Of a DNA stretch of 64,000 nucleotides, positions 30,424 to 39,076 are shown piece by piece. Each line of letters opens with the position of its first letter. The first letter of the stretch is position 1. The position numbers and the translations under genes were made by a program. The notes below the pieces were generated by a model that was given only the letters and a program-made list of their open reading frames with translations, was not told the DNA's origin and ran no database searches. The stretch is from an uncultured Bacteroidales bacterium (lineage in GTDB: Bacteria; Bacteroidota; Bacteroidia; Bacteroidales; UBA1402). The stretch covers positions 5,316 to 69,315 of the forward strand of contig CAZAUQ010000004.1 in NCBI GenBank assembly GCA_964488495.1, written 5' to 3'.

Positions 30424-31839
30424 TCAATATCTGTAATGCTCTGCCTTATAGGGTCCTTCGATGGGTACGCCCAGGTAGTCTGCCTGTTTTTTGCTGAGTT
30501 TGGTCAGTTTTACACCGATGGTTTCGAGATGGAGTCGGGCAACTTCTTCGTCCAGCTTTTTGGGCAGACGGAAAACAGCGATTTCGTGTTTGTTGGTCCA
30601 CAATTCAATTTGGGCCAGGGTCTGGTTACTGAACGAATTGCTCATCACAAACGAAGGATGCCCGGTGGCACAGCCCAGATTGACCAGACGGCCGTCGGCC
30701 AACAGGATAATTGAATGACCTTCGGGGAAAAAGTATTGATCCACCTGTGGTTTAATATTAACCCGTTTAATGCCCGGATAATGCTTTAGTTTGTCCACTT
30801 GTATTTCATTGTCGAAGTGACCGATGTTACATACGATGGCATTATCTTTCATCCTGATCATGTGATCCATGGTGATAATATCGCAATTGCCTGTGGTGGT
30901 AACATAAATATTGCCTTCGTCCAGGGTTTCTTCGACGGTTTTAACCTCAAAACCTTCCATGGCAGCCTGCAGAGCACAAATAGGATCGATTTCCGTTACA
31001 ATAACCCTCGATCCGTAGCTTCGCATGGAATGGGCACAGCCTTTGCCTACATCTCCGTAACCGCAAACTACCACCACTTTGCCTGCCAGCATTACATCGG
31101 TGGCTCTTTTGATTCCGTCGGCCAACGATTCCCGGCAACCGTAAAGGTTGTCGAATTTTGATTTGGTCACTGAATCATTCACGTTAAAAGCGGGGAAAAG
31201 CAATTCTTTGGATTCGAGCATCTGGTAAAGACGGTGAACGCCGGTGGTAGTTTCTTCCGAAACGCCTCGGATGTCGTTTATGCGTTTTTTCCAGTAAGAT
31301 GCATCGGAGTTGAGTACTTCTTTCAGTATGGCATTCAGTTCAATCTCGTCTTCGGCATCAGCAGCTTTATCTAAAATTGCGGGTTTTTGTTCGGCTTTAT
31401 AGCCTAAATGTATCATCAGGGTGGCATCGCCTCCATCGTCCACAATCAGGTTCGGGCCTTTGCCACCGGGGAAATGAAGCGCCTGCAGGGTGCACCACCA
31501 ATAGTCTTTGAGGGTCTCGCCCTTCCAGGCAAAAACAGGCACGCCGCCTTCGGCAATGGCAGCTGCGGCATGGTCCTGAGTGGAATAAATATTACAACTG
31601 GCCCAGCGAACCTCTGCACCCAAGGTGGTGAGAGTTTCGATCAATACGGCTGTTTGAATGGTCATGTGCAGTGAACCGGTGATGCGGGCACCCTTTAAAG
31701 GTTTGCTTTCACCGTATTTTTGACGAATAGCCATCAGGCCGGGCATTTCGTGTTCTGCCAGTTTAATTTCTTTACGGCCGAAATCGGCCAGCTTAATGTC
31801 GGCTACTTTGTAAGGAAGCGAAGAAAAAAGCTCATTCAT
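30424..31839 (-). CDS. ahcY: adenosylhomocysteinase (SAH hydrolase)
   Basis: 471 aa with near-invariant AhcY blocks: [28 protein letters not shown] and NIGHFDNEI. Confidence 0.97.
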   Translation of the reverse strand: MNELFSSLPYKVADIKLADFGRKEIKLAEHEMPGLMAIRQKYGESKPLKGARITGSLHMTIQTAVLIETLTTLGAEVRWASCNIYSTQDHAAAAIAEGGVPVFAWKGETLKDYWWCTLQALHFPGGKGPNLIVDDGGDATLMIHLGYKAEQKPAILDKAADAEDEIELNAILKEVLNSDASYWKKRINDIRGVSEETTTGVHRLYQMLESKELLFPAFNVNDSVTKSKFDNLYGCRESLADGIKRATDVMLAGKVVVVCGYGDVGKGCAHSMRSYGSRVIVTEIDPICALQAAMEGFEVKTVEETLDEGNIYVTTTGNCDIITMDHMIRMKDNAIVCNIGHFDNEIQVDKLKHYPGIKRVNIKPQVDQYFFPEGHSIILLADGRLVNLGCATGHPSFVMSNSFSNQTLAQIELWTNKHEIAVFRLPKKLDEEVARLHLETIGVKLTKLSKKQADYLGVPIEGPYKAEHYRY

Positions 31840-31894
31840 GATCTGAGTAGGTTATTTGGTTTAATCGATTAATTATTAATACTTTTTTGGCGCA

Positions 31895-31902
31895 CAAAGA
31901 TA
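31895..31902 (-). promoter_or_regulatory. candidate -7 promoter box (TATCTTTG on the minus strand) for ahcY and the downstream operon
   Basis: Plus-strand CAAAGATA equals minus-strand TATCTTTG, 55 nt upstream of the ahcY ATG in a 269-nt AT-rich intergenic region. Confidence 0.35.
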
Positions 31903-32061
31903 CAAAAAAACGACAAGATGCTTGTTTTCAAAAATCCGATAAATTTTTATGAAAAAAAATACATTTTTTTGTAGCGTTTTTTTTTATTAGACATCTATGG
32001 ACTTGAGTTTGTGCTTGAAACGATTGTGATAGACAACTCTTTTTAATTTCCTCTATATATG

Positions 32062-32100
32062 CAAACCGTCTCAACGTGAGTTGAGGCGGTTTGGTTTTTT
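32062..32100 (+). terminator. strong hairpin plus T-tract, oriented as a plus-strand intrinsic terminator (it may also terminate rnr)
   Basis: 14-bp stem CAAACCGTCTCAAC / GTTGAGGCGGTTTG (one G-U pair) with a GTGA loop, then G plus T6 on the plus strand. On the minus strand the stem is followed by CATATATAG, which has no U-tract. Confidence 0.55.
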
Positions 32101-32108
32101 AGTAAAAA

Positions 32109-33851
32109 TTATTCTTCTTCCTGGTTTATCAACTTAAAGTCTAATTGCCTTTTTTCGAGATTAGCCTTTAAAACCTGCACCTTGACAGGATCTCCCAGTC
32201 GATAGACTTTTTTCTCGCGCCTTCCCCTGAGACAGTAATTTTGTTCGTCAAATTCATAATAATCGTCGTTGAGATCACGCATAGGCACCAGGCCTTCGCA
32301 TTTATTTTCGGCGATTTCCACAAACAGGCCAAAATCTGTAACACCCGAGATGACTCCTTCGTAACTATTACCGATGCGTTCGGACATAAATTCAATTTGT
32401 TTGTACTTAACGGAAGCTCTTTCGGCTTGAGCTGCCGTTATTTCCATATCGGTGCAATGCTGGCATTTTTCTTCCCACTTTTGTTTATTGACACTGCTTC
32501 CACCGGACATATAACGTTCCAGCAGCCGATGTACCATCATATCCGGATAACGGCGTATCGGCGAGGTAAAATGAGTATAGTGATCAAAAGCAAGGCCGTA
32601 GTGTCCGATGTTATCGGTAGAATAAATGGCTTTGGCCATGGCTCGTATGGTTATGGCCGAGATCAGGTCTTCTTCTTTGCGGCCATGTACTTCGTCCAGC
32701 AATTGATTGATGGAAGATGCCACGACTTTTTTGCCTCCCTGCAGTTTCAGATTATGCCCGAAACGCCTGATAAAACGGGCCACATCTTCGAGTTTATCGG
32801 GGTCGGGGCTGTCGTGAATTCTGTAGACAAAGGTCTTTTTGCCTTTTTTCCCGATGAATTCGGCAACCGTTTTGTTGGCCAAAAGCATAAATTCTTCAAT
32901 CAGGTTGTTGGCTTCAGTGGGAGTCCTAAAGTAAATTTCCAGGGGTTTTCCCTTTTCGTCCACTTTAAAACGGACTTCTGAACTCTCAAAACGGATAGCT
33001 CCGTTTTTGAAGCGTTTGCTCCTTAATTTCTTTGCCAATTCATTCAATACACAGATTTCTTCCTGAACGGGATCGGCTTTCCCCTGAATGATTTCCAAGG
33101 CTTCTTCGTAGCTCAGGCGCCTGTCGGAACGAATTACTGTGCGGACAATGCGGTGATTTTTGATCTGTGCGGCCTCGTTCATTTCAAAAACGCAGGAAAA
33201 ACAGCGTTTTTCTTCATCCGGCCTGAGCGAACAGAGTCCGTTACTCAAGCGTTCCGGCAGCATGGGAATAGTGCGGTCGACCAGATAAACCGAGGTGGCT
33301 CTTTTTTCGGCCTCTTTATCGATGGCAGTACCTTGTTTCACATAATAAGTGACATCGGCTATGTGGACACCGACTTCCCAGTTGCCGTTAGGCAATTTCC
33401 TGAGCGAGAGGGCGTCGTCAAAATCTTTCGCATCTTGGGGATCAATGGTAAAGGTACTGACTGCTCTGAAATCTTCCCGATAGGTGTATTCATTCCCGGG
33501 AATGAGGTCCGAAAATTCTTCGGCCGCCTGCAAAGCCTTTTCGGGATAATCTTCGGTAATATCGAATTCTTCGAGAATATTTTCGTAGCTGTCGTGATTG
33601 TTGTTGGCAGTTGTGATTTTTTGTGTGGCAGTTGAGTAGCGATTACCGGCAGCTTTGTTCAAAAAACCTTGTCTGTGGAGTTCTTCCAGAATATCGAAGA
33701 GTATGATTTGTTGAGTTTGCCTTTTCAATCCAAAAGTCCTGGAAAGTTGCAGGTAATCGTATTTTTTTTGACGGTTGTCTTGAAAAAATTGTATAACATC
33801 CGATTTCAGGTCTTTTTTTCTGATTCGGACATTGGTCTTTTTTTTAGTCAT
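32109..33851 (-). CDS. rnr: ribonuclease R (short form, apparently lacking the cold-shock/OB domains)
   Basis: RNB catalytic motif DPQDAKDFDDA at residues 137-147, SPIRRYPD, and a C-terminal S1 domain (YEGVISGVTDFGLFVE). It is only 580 aa. Confidence 0.9.
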   Translation of the reverse strand: MTKKKTNVRIRKKDLKSDVIQFFQDNRQKKYDYLQLSRTFGLKRQTQQIILFDILEELHRQGFLNKAAGNRYSTATQKITTANNNHDSYENILEEFDITEDYPEKALQAAEEFSDLIPGNEYTYREDFRAVSTFTIDPQDAKDFDDALSLRKLPNGNWEVGVHIADVTYYVKQGTAIDKEAEKRATSVYLVDRTIPMLPERLSNGLCSLRPDEEKRCFSCVFEMNEAAQIKNHRIVRTVIRSDRRLSYEEALEIIQGKADPVQEEICVLNELAKKLRSKRFKNGAIRFESSEVRFKVDEKGKPLEIYFRTPTEANNLIEEFMLLANKTVAEFIGKKGKKTFVYRIHDSPDPDKLEDVARFIRRFGHNLKLQGGKKVVASSINQLLDEVHGRKEEDLISAITIRAMAKAIYSTDNIGHYGLAFDHYTHFTSPIRRYPDMMVHRLLERYMSGGSSVNKQKWEEKCQHCTDMEITAAQAERASVKYKQIEFMSERIGNSYEGVISGVTDFGLFVEIAENKCEGLVPMRDLNDDYYEFDEQNYCLRGRREKKVYRLGDPVKVQVLKANLEKRQLDFKLINQEEE

Positions 33852-33856
33852 TTTTT

Positions 33857-35806
33857 TTAGTTTAGTCGTTTTGCTATTTCCTGGGCAGATACGCGCAGGA
33901 TGATTTTTTTGCCCTCCGGAGTGTGATTCCGAATGGCGCAGTCAAAGAAATGCTGACAAAGATTTTTCATTTCTGTCGGACTCAGTTTTTGTCCGTAGGG
34001 TATGGCTGTTGATTTGGCCAAACGCAGAGCCAGCTTGTCTTTTAATTCGTTCGAAAAGTTGGGCAAAGACTCCATAGAGGCGTCCAGCAAGTCGGTGACA
34101 ATGGCTACCGGATGTAAACCCTGAGTATGTTCAGGAATAGCCGTTATCAGGTAGTCTTCGCCGTTTTTTTTGAATTGAAAGCCCAAATTGATTAAATCGC
34201 GTTTGATACTCTCAAATTCAATCACCCGGTTTTTGTCTAATACCAGGGCTTCGGGAAAAAGCAGGGTTTGCGAAAAAGATTGCCCGGCATCGAGTTGTTT
34301 GCTGTATTGTTCGAACAAGACTCTGGTTTGGGCTCTGTGCTGATCTATCAACAACAGGGCGTCTGCCGTGATCAGGGCAATATAACGGCCGAAAACCTGA
34401 AACAGGTTGGAGCCGATTTCTTCTAAGGTTTCCGAACTTGAAAACAAGGTTTGCAAAGCCTCGATTTGGGCATTTTCATCGAATAGAAGATCGAGCTCGT
34501 CTTTTACGAAAGTCTCTTTTTCATACTGAACAGTGGCTACTTGAAGAGAATCTGCAGACGATAATTCTGCAGAGCTTTTGCTTTCAGATTTAAAGTCGCG
34601 GTACAATTGTTCCCAATTACTGGTTTGCTTGTCTTTTCCTGAAAAAGCGGTTCCTGATTTCTGCACATTGTCGCTTTTGCGCTCAAAAGGATTGTAGCTC
34701 GGATCAAAAGCCACTTTGGGTGGAGGAACATCCTTTTCTCCGGTGAATACCCGGATTTGTGGTGCATTCTCTTTGTCAAAATCCAAGGAGGGCACGGCAT
34801 GAAATTTACCAAGGCTTTGACGTATGGCGGCATTTAAAATGGGCCAGATAACTTGTTCGTGTTCAAATTTTACTTCGGTTTTTGTGGGATGAATGTTCAC
34901 GTCAAGGCTGTCGGGAGCAGCTTCCAGGTAAACAAAAAAGACCGGTTGATACGCTGCAGGCACCAGGGGTTCAAATACACTCAGAATGGATTTCCTGAAA
35001 TAAGGGTGTTTTATAAATCGCCGGTTTACAAAGAAAAACTGTTCGGAGGCTCTTTTGCGCGCTGCATCGGGTGCTCCAACAAAACCACTGATGCGGACGA
35101 TTTCTGTTTCCACCTCAATGGGGAATAATTTTTTGTTGAGTTGTTCTCCGTAAATGGCAACAATGCGTTGTCTCAGTCCTGATGGGAGTAGCCTGAAAAT
35201 GTTTTCGCCGTTGTGGACCAGGCTGAGTTGTAAATCAGGATAGGCCAGAGCTATTTGAATGAATTCATTGCGTACGTGTAACCATTCTTTGGCGTTATTG
35301 CCCAGAAATTTTCGGCGGGCCGGTATGTTATAAAAAAGATTGCGTACCGAAAAACGCGAACCTGAAGCACAAAGCACCGCTTCCTTATTTTCGATTTTAG
35401 AGCCTGCTATCAACACTTTGGTACCCAATTCGTCTTCCGGCCTTTTGCTGAGTAATTCAACCTGGGCTATCGAAGCTATGGAAGCAAGAGCCTCTCCACG
35501 GAAGCCCATGCTGCGAATTTTTAGTAAATCAGTAGCTACACTCAATTTGGAAGTGGCATGCCTTTCGAAAGCCAGTATGGCGTCTTCGGGCGACATACCC
35601 TTGCCGTTGTCTGTTACCTGGATCAGACTCTTTCCCGCATCCTTGACCAGTACGTCAATCTGACTTGCTCCTGCGTCAATGGCATTTTCCATCAGTTCCT
35701 TTACGGCGGAGGCAGGACGTTGAATCACCTCGCCGGCGGCAATTTGGTTAGCCACCGATTCCGGTAAAACCCGTATAGTGTTGCCAGCCAAGTTTTTATC
35801 CAGCAT
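33857..35806 (-). CDS. mutL: DNA mismatch repair protein MutL
   Basis: GHKL ATPase motifs (VANQIAAGEVIQRPAS, ELMENAIDAG, DNGKGM, GFRGEAL) and a C-terminal dimerisation region containing DQHRA. Confidence 0.95.
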   Translation of the reverse strand: MLDKNLAGNTIRVLPESVANQIAAGEVIQRPASAVKELMENAIDAGASQIDVLVKDAGKSLIQVTDNGKGMSPEDAILAFERHATSKLSVATDLLKIRSMGFRGEALASIASIAQVELLSKRPEDELGTKVLIAGSKIENKEAVLCASGSRFSVRNLFYNIPARRKFLGNNAKEWLHVRNEFIQIALAYPDLQLSLVHNGENIFRLLPSGLRQRIVAIYGEQLNKKLFPIEVETEIVRISGFVGAPDAARKRASEQFFFVNRRFIKHPYFRKSILSVFEPLVPAAYQPVFFVYLEAAPDSLDVNIHPTKTEVKFEHEQVIWPILNAAIRQSLGKFHAVPSLDFDKENAPQIRVFTGEKDVPPPKVAFDPSYNPFERKSDNVQKSGTAFSGKDKQTSNWEQLYRDFKSESKSSAELSSADSLQVATVQYEKETFVKDELDLLFDENAQIEALQTLFSSSETLEEIGSNLFQVFGRYIALITADALLLIDQHRAQTRVLFEQYSKQLDAGQSFSQTLLFPEALVLDKNRVIEFESIKRDLINLGFQFKKNGEDYLITAIPEHTQGLHPVAIVTDLLDASMESLPNFSNELKDKLALRLAKSTAIPYGQKLSPTEMKNLCQHFFDCAIRNHTPEGKKIILRVSAQEIAKRLN

Positions 35807-36092
35807 AGCGAGATACTAATAAGTAAGCCAGGAGGATGATTACGAACAGCACCACAATAATTCTCAGCATCTTGTTGTTATCTTTCCTTTTGGTGCGGCT
35901 TCCGCCCGGAACAGCTTCTCTGAAACTGCCTCGAATGGTTTTCTCATAATCCTTTTTTAGCTCTTTTTCTTCGATGAGGCCCATTTCTGCTTTCGCTTTT
36001 TGTATGCGTTCCTGGCGGGCTTCTTTTTGAGCATCATAGTAAATGGGCTGATGATCAAATTTTCTGGGCTTGCTTTGTTTGAAAAATGACAT
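35796..36092 (-). CDS. small tail-anchored membrane protein (hypothetical)
   Basis: 98 aa with a basic, coiled N-terminal part and a single C-terminal TM helix (MLRIIVVLFVIILLAYLLV). It starts 1 nt after the upstream stop and overlaps the mutL start by 11 nt. Trimmed from the track ORF. Confidence 0.5.
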   Translation of the reverse strand: MSFFKQSKPRKFDHQPIYYDAQKEARQERIQKAKAEMGLIEEKELKKDYEKTIRGSFREAVPGGSRTKRKDNNKMLRIIVVLFVIILLAYLLVSRYAG

Positions 36093-36093
36093 A

Positions 36094-37725
36094 TTATCTG
36101 TTTTTACTTTTAAACGATTTGAGGGTAGTTTTACTGGCTGCCCCGGAACTGCTGCCGGCCCCACCTTCACTGTTCACACTCATGTTTTCGGCTCTCGGCC
36201 GCCCGGTTAAACGAAAAACATCCAAAGGCTCCGTAGGGCGCAGGTGTATGGGCCAGTCGAAATGCTCAAGATACTTAATTTCTTCGGTAACCAGCTGCAA
36301 AGGATAAAACTTTCCTTTGGGCTGAGGGCTCACCTTGAGTTTTTCCACTTTCCCCTCTTGGTCCATATAAATATAAAGAGAACCATTTTCCAGGCGGTTC
36401 AGGCCTAATATATTTTGATCTTCGTCGCGTGGAAGATAGATGGATTCCGGATTCCCTTCAATAACGACCCGGCGTACTTTGTTCTCCAGAAAATAGGCGA
36501 TAAGCTTTCTGCCCGAAGATTGATTGAAGAGGCTGCTGTCTTCTTTGGAGGCCAGCAAAGCCAAGCCTTCGACTTCCATATAGTCGGGTTGTTGATTTTT
36601 GGTGTAGAGAAGAATCTGTTGTCCGCTGATTTGCTGATTGTTTGCCCAAAGAATAGGATTGCCGAAAAGTTGAAGCACGGAATCACGCGTCGAATAAAAG
36701 GCAGAATCACACAAACCCTGCAAATCTTTCCGATAGCTCCGGACGTTGTAGTAAGCTCTGAAGGTGTCGTAAATAGAATCTTGTTTTCCCAGCAAGGTAT
36801 CGGCGTGTAAATAAAAAGTGTCCTTGCCGGAATACTCTCTGAGTAAAGCTTTTTTGGTTAAAAGGGCGTAATTGTTGCTTTGATTGTAAAGGGCATAATC
36901 CGAAGTCAGCGTAATATTTCTTGAAGAATCCACTATTTCAATGTTTATAAAAGCCTCGCCAAAGTCAAGTGTCTGTTCGTAAAGAATGGAATCTGCCGTA
37001 AGACTGCGCTTTTCACTGATAATGCAGGAACGATCCAACAAGAGGCTTTTATCGGTTTTGGTATTGTACCAGCCCCGGTAGGCTGTTATATCTGCATTTT
37101 CGGCTTCGATTTCTGTTCTGGAAATTATGGAGGCCACCCCTGTTTCGGTGTTGTAATTCAAAGTGTCTGTTTTCAATAGGAACTGAGGGTGAGTCAACAC
37201 GACGTTCTTTTTGAAAAAAGCCATTTTGGAGTCGGGGTTATAGCGTCCGTAATCTGAACTCAGGGTATTGGAAGGATCGACGATTTTTCCTCCGTTGTAA
37301 TAATAACCAATATTGGAAACTCTGTCGTAATCGAGGTGTTCGGTGTACAAAGTCGTCTCTTTGTTGACCATGCGGACATCTTTTCGGAGTTGGGCCAATT
37401 TTTTATTTCCGTCGTAAAAAAGAGTTTTACCATAAATGAACAGGGTATCACCCTGTTCAATTCTGACGTTTCCAAATGCTCTGAGAGAATTCTCGGCTCT
37501 GTAGTAATGAGCAGTATCGCAATACAACCAGGCATTGTCGTGCCTGAACCGTACGTCGCCTATCAAAAAATGATAATCGGGACTGATGGATCTGTCAAAA
37601 TTGGTGCTGTTGGCATGTTCGAGAAAGATTCTGTTTCCCTGGGCCTGTAAAACAAGAGAGCAGAGGCATAATAAACCAAGGCTTATATGCCGTAATACAG
37701 GTTTTATGTCAGTAACATTGAACAT
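36094..37725 (-). CDS. OstA-like (LptA/LptD N-terminal-type) repeat protein
   Basis: Signal peptide (LGLLCLCSLVLQAQG) followed by repeated OstA-like beta-jellyroll-type segments (FLEHANS...GDVRFRHDN..., GNVRIEQGD...). Trimmed to the ATG at 37725. Confidence 0.65.
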   Translation of the reverse strand: MFNVTDIKPVLRHISLGLLCLCSLVLQAQGNRIFLEHANSTNFDRSISPDYHFLIGDVRFRHDNAWLYCDTAHYYRAENSLRAFGNVRIEQGDTLFIYGKTLFYDGNKKLAQLRKDVRMVNKETTLYTEHLDYDRVSNIGYYYNGGKIVDPSNTLSSDYGRYNPDSKMAFFKKNVVLTHPQFLLKTDTLNYNTETGVASIISRTEIEAENADITAYRGWYNTKTDKSLLLDRSCIISEKRSLTADSILYEQTLDFGEAFINIEIVDSSRNITLTSDYALYNQSNNYALLTKKALLREYSGKDTFYLHADTLLGKQDSIYDTFRAYYNVRSYRKDLQGLCDSAFYSTRDSVLQLFGNPILWANNQQISGQQILLYTKNQQPDYMEVEGLALLASKEDSSLFNQSSGRKLIAYFLENKVRRVVIEGNPESIYLPRDEDQNILGLNRLENGSLYIYMDQEGKVEKLKVSPQPKGKFYPLQLVTEEIKYLEHFDWPIHLRPTEPLDVFRLTGRPRAENMSVNSEGGAGSSSGAASKTTLKSFKSKNR

Positions 37726-37726
37726 A

Positions 37727-39076
37727 TTATTTAATCCATCCCGGATATTGGAAATCGCAGTTCCGCCATTTTTCGTCGATACGGACATAAATTTCCTTTT
37801 GTTTGTTGACGATCCATTCCTGGATGAGCTTTTCCTGTTTCTTTTGCAGAACAATATCTTTTAATTTTACGAAATCTTCTTCTACCGTTGCCTTATGGGC
37901 TTTGGTTCTGTTTTTAACCCGTACTATGGCGCAAATTTCTTTATCGTTATCGGCGTCGCGCATACTGAAAGGAGCAGATATTTCGCCAATATTCATGGAG
38001 TAAACCACCTTGCTGACCTCCTGAGGCAATTCCTCGAGTTGAAAATGAGCGGTACCTGTATTGGAATTGAACATCAATCCTCCGTTTTTTCGAGTGTTTT
38101 TGTCTTGCGAATAATACAAGGCTGCATCTTCAAAACTTAATTTACCCTTGCGAATAAAATCGGCAATACTGTCCAGGCGTATCATTGCTTCGTTTCTTTC
38201 AGTAGCCGAAACTTCAGGTTTAAGTAAAATGTGGCGACAATTCACGCGATCTCCTCTTTTCTCGATCAATTGGATAATGTGAAAACCATAATCGGTTTCT
38301 ACTATGCGCGACACTTTAGTGGGGTCCGTCAGGCTGAAGGCTGCGGCAGCAAATTCAGGCATCAGTTCGCCTTTGCCATAGAAACCCATTTCACCTCCGA
38401 GTTTAGCCGTGCCTCGGTCTTGGGAATACAATACAGCCAGAGTGGAAAACCGTTCACCCTTGTTGACTCTTTCTGTGAATTCACGCAGGCGTTCCTTGAT
38501 GGATTCAATTTCGGCTTCCGGGATTTTGGGTTCAACTGTGATAATCTCAACTTCAATTTCTGCCGGGATGATGGCAATACTGTCGGGGGGCAGCGATTTG
38601 AAATAAGAACGTACTTCAGCAGGAGTGACACTCAGGCCTTTGAGCAGGGATTGCTTCATCAGGTGTATGGTCTGTTCGTTTCTGGCGTATTCCCTTTGTT
38701 CTTCGCGAATTTTGGAAACGGGTTTACCAAAATATTCTTCCATTTTTTCTCTCGAGCCCAATAAGTTTATCATACGGTTGATGTTGCGGTCCACATTGGC
38801 AATCACGTCGTTGTCGGTTACTATGATGCTGTCGAGTTCTGCCTGATGCAGAAATAATTTTTGAACGGCCAATTGTTCGGGTATCACGCAATAAGGATCT
38901 CCGTTGAATTTCTGCCCTTCCTGCAAAGCCTGCAAACGGTAGGCCTCCACTTCAGATCTTAGAATGGCCTCGTCGCCCACTACCCATACAATCTCGTCTA
39001 CGATGTTGTTTTGAGCATGCAAACTTTGTACTGCAACGACCAGCATCAGGGCTGTAAAATATATAAACTGTTTCAT
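37727..39076 (-). CDS. peptidylprolyl isomerase, SurA-like periplasmic chaperone
   Basis: Signal peptide, a SurA N-terminal-type region, and a parvulin domain (CRHILLKP..., YGFHIIQLIEKR). Confidence 0.85.
   Translation of the reverse strand: MKQFIYFTALMLVVAVQSLHAQNNIVDEIVWVVGDEAILRSEVEAYRLQALQEGQKFNGDPYCVIPEQLAVQKLFLHQAELDSIIVTDNDVIANVDRNINRMINLLGSREKMEEYFGKPVSKIREEQREYARNEQTIHLMKQSLLKGLSVTPAEVRSYFKSLPPDSIAIIPAEIEVEIITVEPKIPEAEIESIKERLREFTERVNKGERFSTLAVLYSQDRGTAKLGGEMGFYGKGELMPEFAAAAFSLTDPTKVSRIVETDYGFHIIQLIEKRGDRVNCRHILLKPEVSATERNEAMIRLDSIADFIRKGKLSFEDAALYYSQDKNTRKNGGLMFNSNTGTAHFQLEELPQEVSKVVYSMNIGEISAPFSMRDADNDKEICAIVRVKNRTKAHKATVEEDFVKLKDIVLQKKQEKLIQEWIVNKQKEIYVRIDEKWRNCDFQYPGWIK

Noticed and set aside
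31840-32060. Possible SAH riboswitch in the ahcY leader.
   Set aside because: As I recall them, SAH riboswitches are GC-rich pseudoknotted elements. This leader is strongly AT-rich, and I see no comparable paired GC segments between the candidate -7 box (31895-31902) and the ATG. A covariance-model scan would be the decisive check.
31840-32108. Invertible (phase-variable) promoter upstream of the glycan operon, as found at Bacteroides capsule loci.
   Set aside because: I found no pair of long inverted repeats flanking a promoter-sized segment; there are only short A/T palindromes and the terminator hairpin. No recombinase gene is nearby.
34300-34400. The MutL C-terminal motif reads DQHRAQTRVLFE rather than the canonical endonuclease motif DQHA(X)2E(X)4E.
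   Set aside because: As I recall it, a DQHRA... variant is the usual form in Bacteroidota MutL proteins, so this is probably lineage-typical rather than a degenerate site. Alignment with relatives is needed to confirm.
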